DNA from: an uncultured Clostridia bacterium
GTDB lineage: Bacteria > Acidobacteriota > Blastocatellia > UBA7656
Direction of reading: 5' to 3'
Assembly: GCA_964615905.1 (NCBI GenBank)
Contig: CAZTUB010000007.1
Location: 259,043-323,042, forward strand
DNA length: 64,000 nucleotides
The notes under the pieces are model-generated. The model made no database searches and was not told where the DNA came from. It was given only the letters and a program-made list of their open reading frames with translations. How positions within the stretch are numbered: the first letter of the stretch is position 1; each line of letters opens with the position of its first letter. The position numbers were made by a program, and so were the translations under genes. Positions 8,745-17,861 of this stretch are shown here, piece by piece.

Positions 8745-10019
8745 GTGAAGAGATACATAATACTGCCATTACTGCTGTTGCTGTTGCCGGTCGAGATACA
8801 GGGGCCAAGGACGGTCGCATATCTCTCATCGGCGGTAAACACAACTCCGTCAGAACACGTCTCGTTAAACGCTCTCTCCGAATACAAGGAGACGCTTGAG
8901 ACACGCGGCCAGAACCTTAACGATCAAGGGATCGTTATCGAGACGCTGGACGGGAAGCGGTCGCTTGGAGAACACAACGCCGACATCACCTTCAACCCCG
9001 CTTCCGTTATGAAGCTCGCCACATCGCTCGTTGCGTTGTCAAAGTTCACCCCGGACCACCGTTTCAGGACCGATTTCCTGGCCGATGGAGCCATCGACAC
9101 CGCCGCAAGGAAGCTCGATGGCGATCTCGTCGTGCGGGGCGGTGTCGACCCGATGTTTTCATCGACCGACGCCGAAGAGGTCGCGCGTAACCTGTCGAAA
9201 GTAGGCGTCTCGCGTGTGACTGGCGGTTTGAGAATAGCCGGTCCTTTTTACTATTATGCAAGGGGCTATACATCGAACCTCTCGCGGGAGACATCGGCGG
9301 CAAAGCTGCGCGGCATCCTGGAGCGGGCCGGTATCAAGATCGACGGCGAGACCGTTTTCGGCGAAGAGTCGGGGCAGAGCCTCGTCACACACTACTCCGA
9401 CAGGCTCGATAAGATACTGCTCTACCAGAACGCATACAGCAGCAACGCCGTGGCCGAGGTCGTAGGCGAAGCTGTCGGGGGGCCGCAGGCAGTTCAAGAG
9501 TACCTGATTAAGAACCTCGATCTGCGTGACAGCGAAGTTTATGTGGGCCGCACTTCGGGGCTAGATTTCAATCGAATCACCCCGCGCGCTTCGATCAAGG
9601 TTCTCCGAGCGCTTATGCTCGTCCTTGAGAGATATTCGCTCAAGCCCGAAGACATTATGCCCGTCGCCGGGATAGATTCGGGAACGCTGCGCGCGCGGCT
9701 TAGCAGCGAGCAGTTTCGCGGCTCCGTCATCGCAAAGACGGGTACGCTTGTCTCGCTTGAAAAAGGTGTCAGCACGCTTGTGGGCATTGCCTACACGAAA
9801 GCCGATGGCCCAGTGCTTTTTGCCATCTTCAATTCCGACGGGAACGTCAATCAATACAGGCGGCTTCAGGACAAGTTTGTCGAGCAGATATTGATCGAAG
9901 AAGGCGGTCCGACACCCGTCGGGCGGAGCGAGGATGCACTAGCGGAAAAAGAGCCGGGCGCGATCAATCAAGTGCTTTACAAGAACAGGCCCGCAAAGAC
10001 CGAAGAACCAGCCGACTGA
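8745..10019 (+). CDS. dacB: D-alanyl-D-alanine carboxypeptidase/endopeptidase, PBP4 family (peptidase S13)
   Basis: Signal peptide MKRYIILPLLLLLLP; SxxK motif (PASVMKL), YSSN (SxN) and KTG(T) (IAKTGTL) active-site motifs. Confidence 0.8.
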   Translation: MKRYIILPLLLLLLPVEIQGPRTVAYLSSAVNTTPSEHVSLNALSEYKETLETRGQNLNDQGIVIETLDGKRSLGEHNADITFNPASVMKLATSLVALSKFTPDHRFRTDFLADGAIDTAARKLDGDLVVRGGVDPMFSSTDAEEVARNLSKVGVSRVTGGLRIAGPFYYYARGYTSNLSRETSAAKLRGILERAGIKIDGETVFGEESGQSLVTHYSDRLDKILLYQNAYSSNAVAEVVGEAVGGPQAVQEYLIKNLDLRDSEVYVGRTSGLDFNRITPRASIKVLRALMLVLERYSLKPEDIMPVAGIDSGTLRARLSSEQFRGSVIAKTGTLVSLEKGVSTLVGIAYTKADGPVLFAIFNSDGNVNQYRRLQDKFVEQILIEEGGPTPVGRSEDALAEKEPGAINQVLYKNRPAKTEEPAD

Positions 10020-10046
10020 TTGCTCGAAGGAGAATAAGTTTACCGC

Positions 10047-11222
10047 ATGGCTTTTGACCTGGACCGCGCCCGACGCGAGACTCCCGGCTGCGAGCATGTC
10101 GCCCATTTCAATAACGCGGGCGCGGCCCTGATGCCGCAGCCTGTTATAGATGCTGTGTACGCTCACCTTGAGCTTGAAGCGAACTTCGGCGGGTACGAAG
10201 CGAAAGAGAAGAATATCGAATCTGTCGAGCGAGCCTACGACGCGCTCGCCGCTATGCTCAATTGTCGCCGCGACGAAATCGCTGTGACAGAGAATGCCAC
10301 CCGCGCCTGGGACATGGCCTTCTATTCAATCGGGTTCAAACCCGGCGACCGCATTCTGACCGCCGTCTCAGAGTATGCCAGCAACTATATCGCGTACCTC
10401 CAGGTGTCCCGAAAGACGGGAGCCGTCATCGAAGTCATCCCTAATGATGAACACGGCCAGGTATCTATAAAAGCACTAAAGAACCGTCTGGACGAGCGCG
10501 TGAAATTGATCTCGATCACCCACGTCCCGACAAATAACGGGCTCGTAAACCCGGCCAAAGCTGTGGGAGCCGTCGCTCGCGAGGCAGGCATACTCTACCT
10601 GCTCGACGCCTGCCAGTCGGCGGGACAACTGCCGCTCGATGTCGAAGATATCGGCTGCGACATCTTATCCGGGACCGGGCGCAAATATCTTCGCGGTCCG
10701 CGCGGGACAGGGTTTTTGTACGTTCGCCGTGACTTGATAGAACGGCTTGAGCCGCCCTTCCTCGACCTGCACGCCGCAGAGCTTGTAGGGAAAAACGAGT
10801 ATAAGATAAGGCGGGACGCGCGCCGGTTCGAAAACTGGGAGACGAATTATGCCGCGAAAGTGGGGCTGGGGGTCGCGGTCGATTATGCGCTGTCGTGGGG
10901 GCTCGACACTCTCTGGGAGCGGACCAGGTGGCTCGGCGAAACTTTGCGGTCTCGCCTTTCGGAGATCCCGCAGATTGATATTAAAGATGTAGGGCTTGAG
11001 CGATGCGGTATCGTTTGCTTCACCGTCGAAGGCAAAGCTCCGCTGGAGATTCGCAGGGCTCTGAACGCGAAAGGTATAAACGTCTGGGTCTCTGCGCCGC
11101 AAGACTCGCGGCTCGACCGTGAAGCGCAAGCCCTGCCGGAGTTCGTCCGCGCTTCGGTTCATTACTACAACAGCGAAGACGAGGTTGACCGGCTTCTAGC
11201 GGCGCTGTCGTCAATCATATGA
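10047..11222 (+). CDS. Class-V aminotransferase / cysteine desulfurase-like PLP enzyme
   Basis: Fold-type I class-V features: 'ITHVPTNNGLVNP', 'LLDACQSAGQLPLDV' and the PLP-lysine region 'SGTGRKYLRGPRGTGFLYV', which resembles the SufS/CsdA motif SGHK...GP.G.G.LY. Confidence 0.75.
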   Translation: MAFDLDRARRETPGCEHVAHFNNAGAALMPQPVIDAVYAHLELEANFGGYEAKEKNIESVERAYDALAAMLNCRRDEIAVTENATRAWDMAFYSIGFKPGDRILTAVSEYASNYIAYLQVSRKTGAVIEVIPNDEHGQVSIKALKNRLDERVKLISITHVPTNNGLVNPAKAVGAVAREAGILYLLDACQSAGQLPLDVEDIGCDILSGTGRKYLRGPRGTGFLYVRRDLIERLEPPFLDLHAAELVGKNEYKIRRDARRFENWETNYAAKVGLGVAVDYALSWGLDTLWERTRWLGETLRSRLSEIPQIDIKDVGLERCGIVCFTVEGKAPLEIRRALNAKGINVWVSAPQDSRLDREAQALPEFVRASVHYYNSEDEVDRLLAALSSII

Positions 11223-11243
11223 ATAGCGGTACGGAAAATTTAA

Positions 11244-13721
11244 TTACCACCTGCCCGGAATAACTGCCTGACAATCGGGGCAGCTCCCCTGATCGACGCG
11301 GTTTTTAAGGATGTGAAAGCCGTATCGCTCGATCAGCAGGGCCTTACAGGCCGGGCAATAAGTATTCTCGTAGTTTCCTACACGGCCGGGAAGATTGCCT
11401 GCGTAAACGTAGCGCAGACCTGCTTGATTCCCGATTTCAGCCGCGCGCAGCAACGTTTCAACAGAGGTGTTGTCCGGGCCGGTCATCTTGTAATCCTGGT
11501 GAAAAGCTGTGACATGCCAGGGTATATCCGGCGATACTCCCGCTATGAATTCGGCGGCGGCTTTCACCTCATCTGTCGAATCGTTGAAGCCGGGAATCAA
11601 CAGCGTCACGATCTCAAGCCAGAACCCACGTTCGTAAACCATCTTGATCGTGTTGAGGACATTTTCAAGCACCCCGCCCAGCTTGCGATAGTTGCGGTCA
11701 TTGAACCCTTTGAGATCGATCTTGTACAAATCGACCCACGGCCTTATGTAGTCAAGGACTTCGGGCGTGGCGTTACCGTTAGAGACATAGCCGCAGACGA
11801 ACCCCGCCGGTTTTGCCTTGCGAAAAATATCGACGGCCCACTCGCTTGTAATCAGCGGCTCGTTATAGCTCGATACGACGAGCCGCGCGCCGTACTTATC
11901 GGCCACGGCTACCATCTGCTCAGGCGTTACCTCTCTCGGCGGCGCGACGGCCTTTGGGTCCCGAAGCGCCTGCGACGTAACCCAGTTCTGACAGTTCTTC
12001 GATGTGATGAAGTTGGCGAGGTAAGAATGCTCTTCTTCGACCTCCATGTTGTAGACATCGCCAGAGTAGTCTTCAAAAGAGATGCTCCGCAACGGGATCA
12101 GATAGAACTCTTCTGTCTCTACGACCTTTCGCGCCGTTCGGCTCGTTTCGTACCACACGACAGTATACTGATGCGGAGCCCGCTTGATTTCGCGGCCCTG
12201 GATAAAGCCTCTTTCACTGATCGGCGAATCATAGAGCGACGGCAGGTAGCCTAGCTTCAAGGCTAACCAGGCGATGCCGTGCGCAAGGTCTTTCGAGACA
12301 GTAGTGATGCTGATCTTGCCGTTTTCATAATGGTGACCGTCGCCTTCGACAAACGCGTCAAGGAAGGCTTGTGCCACATGATCGGGAGCGGAAAAAAGAA
12401 TTCGCGGCACTCGCTTCTTGCGAGAATCGGCCCCGGCGAGCGCCTTGAGCAAGAGTGCCGCAGAAGACTTACCCGCCGACAGGGCTAACGTCGTAGGCCG
12501 TCTAACGACGTTGGCCTTTACGTTCAGGCATCGCGCGAGCAACCCTCCTACCTGGTCTACGAGGTCGGATTCCGAGTGAGAAAAACTGAAGTTGAGCGTA
12601 CAGCTATTCGGGCGATTCTTGCTTCTGGTGACGCACCCTTCAGCGCAGTAGTAGCCCAGCAACCTCGCCATCTCAATGCTAAGTGGGATGACAGCAGGTA
12701 TCCCTGGCCTGTGCTCGTTCGGAAAACGTAGAAATCCGTTTTCGATTACCGGGCCGCCTGACCGCGTCTCTATTAGAAGCCCCCGCGCCATCTTGCTCCG
12801 AATATGCCGGATATATGAGGGGTCTTTTCCAAGCCCCGCGCCAATATCGCGGGAACTCTTTTCGTTTGCCGTCTCCGCTCGGATAAACTCCCGGTCAAGC
12901 GTTGAGATGGACCAGGGAATTCGATAACTAATCCTGTGATCCTTTAGGTGATCGAGAGCCGAGAGGTTCTCAATCGAGTGATTGCTGAACCTGCGGGGTA
13001 TTGCCAGGTAGTGGTTTTTTGTCAGCCTTTGTGCTTCGATCGGCTCCGGTGTCTCACTCGCGTTGTCGGTGGCGTAAATCCTGTGATCGGGTGTGCAGCG
13101 CAACGCGGGCAAGTAGTAGGGCTTGATGTTCGCCAGCCTGCCTTGATATTTATGTTTAAAGACCGCTCGTACTTTTCTCAATGCGCCGGAAGCCGCCACC
13201 GCCTTCAGATCATCGGGATAGGCAATCTCGGCGTCACCTGTCACATCGACCCTCGTGGCCGACGAGAACAGGTCTGAGAATTCAACAGGGCCGCTGTCTG
13301 TAATTACAACCGTGTCGCCTGTAAAACAGTAGGAGCAGTGGTAGTCGCATCCGAGCATGCCGAACGTAAGCGCGAGCGATCCGGGGTATGCGTGGAAGAA
13401 CGGTTTTTTTTCGGTCGGGTCGCACTGGATCGCGCCGACGTACCCGGTTGGGACCATCAGTTTTCCGCCCTCGTTGTATCGCACCCGGCATATGCCGTCC
13501 AGCCCCGGCAGTATCACGCATCTGTGGCCGCAGGCGTAGCAGAGAAGGCGGTCGCGCTCGAGTTTCTCGTACAATTCACCTTCAGCGGTGTGCTTCTTTA
13601 AAATATCTTTTAAGGTCGCTGCCATAACGAATCCGGGACGCTTTCTTAAAACTCTACCGAGAAGTTTAGCATGTCTATCGAGCGGGCGACCATATTCGAC
13701 TTCACTAGCGCAGTTCGGCAA
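11244..13721 (-). CDS. Radical SAM activating enzyme (AmmeMemoRadiSam system AmrS-like / PflA-like family) interrupted by an intein
   Basis: N-extein ...GMLGCDYHCSY and C-extein CQNWVTSQ... together rebuild the radical-SAM motif CxxxCxYCQNW. The C-extein (249 aa) carries C-terminal CxxC pairs. 825 aa in total against ~370 aa expected without the insert. The true start may be Met33 (MAATLKDIL). Confidence 0.75.
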   Translation of the reverse strand: MPNCASEVEYGRPLDRHAKLLGRVLRKRPGFVMAATLKDILKKHTAEGELYEKLERDRLLCYACGHRCVILPGLDGICRVRYNEGGKLMVPTGYVGAIQCDPTEKKPFFHAYPGSLALTFGMLGCDYHCSYCFTGDTVVITDSGPVEFSDLFSSATRVDVTGDAEIAYPDDLKAVAASGALRKVRAVFKHKYQGRLANIKPYYLPALRCTPDHRIYATDNASETPEPIEAQRLTKNHYLAIPRRFSNHSIENLSALDHLKDHRISYRIPWSISTLDREFIRAETANEKSSRDIGAGLGKDPSYIRHIRSKMARGLLIETRSGGPVIENGFLRFPNEHRPGIPAVIPLSIEMARLLGYYCAEGCVTRSKNRPNSCTLNFSFSHSESDLVDQVGGLLARCLNVKANVVRRPTTLALSAGKSSAALLLKALAGADSRKKRVPRILFSAPDHVAQAFLDAFVEGDGHHYENGKISITTVSKDLAHGIAWLALKLGYLPSLYDSPISERGFIQGREIKRAPHQYTVVWYETSRTARKVVETEEFYLIPLRSISFEDYSGDVYNMEVEEEHSYLANFITSKNCQNWVTSQALRDPKAVAPPREVTPEQMVAVADKYGARLVVSSYNEPLITSEWAVDIFRKAKPAGFVCGYVSNGNATPEVLDYIRPWVDLYKIDLKGFNDRNYRKLGGVLENVLNTIKMVYERGFWLEIVTLLIPGFNDSTDEVKAAAEFIAGVSPDIPWHVTAFHQDYKMTGPDNTSVETLLRAAEIGNQAGLRYVYAGNLPGRVGNYENTYCPACKALLIERYGFHILKNRVDQGSCPDCQAVIPGRW
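11994..13328 (-). mobile_element. Intein (445 aa) with a LAGLIDADG homing-endonuclease domain, inserted in the radical-SAM gene
   Basis: Block A CFTGDTVVITDSG begins with Cys at 13328-13326; block B LRCTPDHRIYA (TxxH); LAGLIDADG-like blocks LLGYYCAEG and FLDAFVEGDG; block G ...YLANFITSKN ends at 11996-11994, followed by +1 Cys (TGT at 11993-11991). Boundaries were verified codon by codon. Confidence 0.8.
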
Positions 13722-13748
13722 TGGTAAATTGATTGGCTCGAATTTGGA

Positions 13749-14726
13749 TTGGAGAGACGATCAAGCTGGATGAAACTTAGAATACTGCACCACGATCACT
13801 GTTTTGACGGGTTCGCTTCGGCAGCCGTCTTCTCGCGCGTCTTTTCTGAAAAGATCGAACCCGGCGCCGAGATCGCATACACGGGGTTGTCGCACAAGCC
13901 GAACCAGGTGTCGATTGAGGAAGAGCTTTTCGACGGCGACCAGAACGCCATAGTCGATTTCAAGTATAGCCCTTCGGGGAAGCTGACCTGGTGGTTTGAC
14001 CACCACCAGAGCGCCTTTCTTTCGCCCGGCGACGAGCGCCATTTTTATGAGGAGAAATCCCCGACCAAGTTTTACGACCCTGATTACAAGTCCTGCACGA
14101 AATTCATCGCCGACACCGCTGCCGAAAAATTCGGGTTTGACCCGGCAGACCTCAAAGACTTGATCCACTGGGCCGATGTGATCGACGGGGCTCAATACGA
14201 GAACGCGAAGGTGGCTGTCGATCTCGAAGCCCCTGCTCTCAAGCTGATGCTAGTCATCGAAGCGAGTCGCGACCGCGCTTTGATGGAAAAGATAATTCGC
14301 GACATGCAGACGCGCTCGCTTGCGGAGATTGCCGACGACCCCGAAGTTCAGCGTGTCTTTAAGCCGCTTTACGAGCGACACCAGCGCATGATCGACCTGA
14401 TCGGCCAGGCCGCCCACTCTGAAAGAGGCGTCGTCTATTTCGACCTTAGCAGCGAAGACGCGGAAGGTTACTCGAAGTTCATACCCTATAACCTTTTCCC
14501 TGATTGCCTTTATTCGGTTGGCGTCAGCCTGTCGCCCAGCCGGTCGAAGGTCTCTGTAGGGTTCAACCCGTGGAGCCCTGAACCGCGCAGGCACAATCTG
14601 GCTTCGATCTGCGAACGGTACAACGGTGGCGGCCACGCGGTTGTCGGCGCTATATCTTATCGCCCGGACGAGATTGAACGGGCGCGCGAAACCGCAAAAG
14701 AGATTGCGGCGGAGTTGAGGGCCTAG
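13749..14726 (+). CDS. DHH-family phosphoesterase with DHHA1 domain (NrnA-like nanoRNase/pAp phosphatase)
   Basis: Motif I HHDHCFDGFAS, motif III FDHHQ (DHH) and the DHHA1 motif GGGH (RYNGGGHAVVGA). Divergent from the radical-SAM gene. Confidence 0.7.
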   Translation: MERRSSWMKLRILHHDHCFDGFASAAVFSRVFSEKIEPGAEIAYTGLSHKPNQVSIEEELFDGDQNAIVDFKYSPSGKLTWWFDHHQSAFLSPGDERHFYEEKSPTKFYDPDYKSCTKFIADTAAEKFGFDPADLKDLIHWADVIDGAQYENAKVAVDLEAPALKLMLVIEASRDRALMEKIIRDMQTRSLAEIADDPEVQRVFKPLYERHQRMIDLIGQAAHSERGVVYFDLSSEDAEGYSKFIPYNLFPDCLYSVGVSLSPSRSKVSVGFNPWSPEPRRHNLASICERYNGGGHAVVGAISYRPDEIERARETAKEIAAELRA

Positions 14727-15577
14727 CGTAGCCGGGCCGCCTGCGGCTCAAGCCAGATTCCGCCCGTTTCGCCGCGCCACGGGCGTGCGCAATTATCCGT
14801 CGTGGCGAGCAACTCTTTGAGATGGCTGCCCGCGGCCGCAAGTGTACCCGTGCAGGTAGCAAGCCACTCTACAGGGCGAGAGATAAGCGAGCGAACCTCC
14901 TGGCCCGGCGCAGTCTCCTGTAAGAACGAGAGCTGCGTTCTTCCGTCCGCGTGCTCCCACACGCCGAGCGCATCGCCCGCGCAGAGAACCGGACCGCCGG
15001 GCGCAGTCGGCCAGTAGACCGCGAGCGACCCGGCAGAATGGCCCGGCACGGGCACTACCTCAACATCGTCAAAAACCCTTCGGACGGTTTCGACACGCTC
15101 GTCCGGCTCAAACCTGTTGCCGGGTAACGGCTCATCGCCACCGCCCATCCAGGACGGGATTTCAAGCGCGGCCGCCCAATCGCCCGCGAAGCCGACAAAA
15201 TCCGTGTGGCTTACTACGAGCAGGCTCGCTCGATTCATACCCTTGACCCATTCGAGCGCGTCGGTCGTAAGCAGCGGCGGCGCGTCGAACAGGAGAACCC
15301 CATCGGGGTGCGCGAGGATATATGAAAAGTGGTTGTACTCTCTATGAAACAGCGGGCGTTTGCTCGCTCGCCACAGGCCGGGTGAAAGCTCCTCAAAGGC
15401 TACGCTGTGACGTTGCAGCCTCTCGTCGTCAAGCGCGAGCATGCTCTTGCGACCAGCCCCGCAAAGCGGGCAGGCGTAATGTGCGGGAAGCTCCTGGCCG
15501 GGCGCGATCCATTCCACATGCCCGCACACGGGGCAATAAAATCGCCTCCACCCCCTGGCGTCCGTCTGGATAATCAT
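14723..15577 (-). CDS. Hypothetical protein with an N-terminal rubredoxin-like zinc ribbon (CPVCG...CPLCG) and a putative MBL-fold hydrolase-like C-terminal region
   Basis: Two CxxCG pairs at the N-terminus; weak metallo-beta-lactamase-like His motifs (VVSHTDF, PGHSAGS). The function call is tentative. Confidence 0.4.
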   Translation of the reverse strand: MIIQTDARGWRRFYCPVCGHVEWIAPGQELPAHYACPLCGAGRKSMLALDDERLQRHSVAFEELSPGLWRASKRPLFHREYNHFSYILAHPDGVLLFDAPPLLTTDALEWVKGMNRASLLVVSHTDFVGFAGDWAAALEIPSWMGGGDEPLPGNRFEPDERVETVRRVFDDVEVVPVPGHSAGSLAVYWPTAPGGPVLCAGDALGVWEHADGRTQLSFLQETAPGQEVRSLISRPVEWLATCTGTLAAAGSHLKELLATTDNCARPWRGETGGIWLEPQAARLR

Positions 15578-15590
15578 AAGGCCTCTGGCT

Positions 15591-16481
15591 TTAGAGCAGG
15601 CTCATAGGCGTGGGGTTCTGCGGGTCCGAATAATCGTAGAACCCTCGCCCGGCCTTCCTGCCGTACAGACCCGCAAGCACCATGCGTTTTAGCAGCGGCG
15701 GCGGGGCGAAACGCTTCTCTTTGAACTCATCGAACATGATGTTTGCGATGTAGTAGGTTGTGTCGAGCCCCACGAAATCACCGAGCGTCAGCGGCCCCAT
15801 CGGGTACCCGCAACCGAGCTTCATCGCGTTGTCTATGTCGACAATCGACGCGACGCCTTCTTCGAGCACGCGAATCGAATCGAGCATGTAAGGGACAAGC
15901 AGCCGGTTGACTATAAACCCTGTACGGTCGGAAGTCTGAACAGGCACTTTGCCTATCTGGCGGCCAAACTCTGTCGCCGCCTGAAATACTTCGGGGTCGG
16001 TCAGGATCGTTCGTATCACCTCCACAAGCTTCATCACGGGCACGGGGTTGAAAAAGTGCATGCCGATAAAGCGGCGCTGCCGCTCCGCGCCGGTCGCGGT
16101 CATCATCTGCGTGACCGAGAGGCTCGACGTGTTTGACGCGAAGATCGTATCGGGTTTGCAGACGCGGTCAAGGGTTGAATATGTCCTGTTCTTTTCGTCG
16201 AGGTTCTCGATTATGGCTTCGATGACGATGTCGGCGTCGGCCGCGTCTTCTAGTTTGGTGCTGCCTCGCAGCCGCGACAGTGTCTGCTCGCGCGCGTCGG
16301 GCGCGAGCTTGCCTTTTTCGACCATCTTCGCCAGTTGCTTATCTATCCCGGAGAGCCCGCGACCCAGAAACTCTTCCGAAACCTCGATGATCGTCACGTC
16401 GCGCCCGGCCTGCGCGCAGACCTGTGCGATGCCGGAACCCATGAGCCCGCAGCCCAGCACCGCTACTTTGTTGATTGCCAT
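15591..16481 (-). CDS. hbd: 3-hydroxybutyryl-CoA / 3-hydroxyacyl-CoA dehydrogenase (NAD-binding)
   Basis: N-terminal Rossmann motif VAVLGCGLMGSGIAQV; a full-length 3HCDH-family sequence pattern (NTSSLSVT, GMHFFNP, RLLVPY). Confidence 0.9.
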   Translation of the reverse strand: MAINKVAVLGCGLMGSGIAQVCAQAGRDVTIIEVSEEFLGRGLSGIDKQLAKMVEKGKLAPDAREQTLSRLRGSTKLEDAADADIVIEAIIENLDEKNRTYSTLDRVCKPDTIFASNTSSLSVTQMMTATGAERQRRFIGMHFFNPVPVMKLVEVIRTILTDPEVFQAATEFGRQIGKVPVQTSDRTGFIVNRLLVPYMLDSIRVLEEGVASIVDIDNAMKLGCGYPMGPLTLGDFVGLDTTYYIANIMFDEFKEKRFAPPPLLKRMVLAGLYGRKAGRGFYDYSDPQNPTPMSLL

Positions 16482-16589
16482 TAGATTAAGCCTCCATTCA
16501 GGTAGAAAATATTTAGTGCTCAGGAACAGGTAAGGTTATTACTTCGCGGGCCATTCTTCAACCGTGAGTTCGCTTCCCACAGACGGCTA

Positions 16590-17828
16590 TCAATTGCCTG
16601 TCCAGCGGTTGAAATCTTCGACTACCCTGGTTGATTTCTCAACAATACGGTTTTGCGCTTCGGCTGCTCGGACGCGGTTTATAGTCCCGTCGCTGCTGTG
16701 TTGCTCGATCATCGCTTTCTGTTCTCCGAGAAGCTCAAGCAACCGTTGTTTGAACTGGTCCGCATCGTCGTTCTGGGCGGGAAGGGAGTTGAGGATTCGG
16801 GTCCCGCGCTCGGCGGCTTCGAGAGCCGGTCCCGTATCGACAGACCTCTCGCTCGACCTGAGAGCTTCGGAGAAGAGATTGAACGAGTCTGTGAGCGCCC
16901 TGTGGCCGTCGGCCAGCCCGTGCAGAAAAGCGTTCCTGTTCGTTTGCGGGTTGAGCCTCAGGTTGGACATCTTCAGCGGCGGGCCGTCATAGTCTCTCGC
17001 GGCGATCACGATTGATGTCGCGATAACTCCAAGGCTCAAAATCATCAGCGACTGCCAGACTACAGGCGTTATCTTCTCGTGCGGCCGCTTGTAGGGGATG
17101 ATCAGCGCAAGCCCTACTCCGGCGATAAGACCGCCGATGTGCGCCGCGTTGTCTATCTGCGCGATGAATACACCGAACGAGAGATTTATCAGGATCAGAG
17201 GGATTACGCGCCGCTTGATCTCCTTGCTGAGCAGGTCGGGTATCTCTTTGCGAAACCTGAAGGCGAAAGTCGCCATCACGCCAAACAGGCCGAAGATCGC
17301 GCCCGACGCGCCAGCCGATGTGTTCGGCGTGTAGAGGTAGCTGGCAATGGACCCGGCTATGCCTGTCAGCAGGCACAGCAGCACAAACCGCGACGAGCCG
17401 TAGAGCCGTTCGATCTCCTGGCCGACGATCATCAAAGCGTAGCAGTTGAAGAAGAGGTGAATGAACCCTATGTGGATGAACATAGAGGTCACTAGCCGCC
17501 AGTACTGGCCTTCTTCGGCGATAAGCCTGTTGACCTTTGCGCCGAACCCCACGAGCACGCGCTCGTCGGCCTCCATAGCGCTCATGCCGCCGGCAAGCCA
17601 CATCAGCACGAACACGGCTACGTTCATGCCTATAAAGAGAAAAGTGAACGGGTTCGAGCGCGTCATGAGCGCGCGGAAGAAGTGGCTCTCTTTATCCGCC
17701 TTGTGATGCTCTACGACCGCTTCAACCGAGCGGAGGCCACAATGTATACATTCGGGGGAGACGGCGGGCGTAGGGTTGCCGCACCCTGGGCAGTGTCTGA
17801 AACCTGTTTGATTAGTAGCTCGATCCAA
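16590..17828 (-). CDS. Rhomboid-family intramembrane serine protease with an N-terminal zinc ribbon
   Basis: GxSG catalytic motif (GASGAIFGL) and catalytic His motif AHIGGLIAG within multiple TM helices; N-terminal CPGCG...CIHCG. Confidence 0.85.
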   Translation of the reverse strand: MDRATNQTGFRHCPGCGNPTPAVSPECIHCGLRSVEAVVEHHKADKESHFFRALMTRSNPFTFLFIGMNVAVFVLMWLAGGMSAMEADERVLVGFGAKVNRLIAEEGQYWRLVTSMFIHIGFIHLFFNCYALMIVGQEIERLYGSSRFVLLCLLTGIAGSIASYLYTPNTSAGASGAIFGLFGVMATFAFRFRKEIPDLLSKEIKRRVIPLILINLSFGVFIAQIDNAAHIGGLIAGVGLALIIPYKRPHEKITPVVWQSLMILSLGVIATSIVIAARDYDGPPLKMSNLRLNPQTNRNAFLHGLADGHRALTDSFNLFSEALRSSERSVDTGPALEAAERGTRILNSLPAQNDDADQFKQRLLELLGEQKAMIEQHSSDGTINRVRAAEAQNRIVEKSTRVVEDFNRWTGN

Positions 17829-17861
17829 TATTTGCTATAAGACCCTGTTTGAAAGTCGGTC

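Noticed and set aside
11313-12254. 313-aa + strand ORF inside the radical-SAM/intein gene
   Set aside because: Antisense to a gene with strong motif support; composition is typical of a spurious high-GC antisense ORF.
16987-17601. ORFs antisense to or overlapping the rhomboid gene (16987..17601 -, 17079..17495 +, 16564..16992 +)
   Set aside because: The rhomboid frame has clear catalytic motifs; the alternatives are low-complexity Arg-rich translations.
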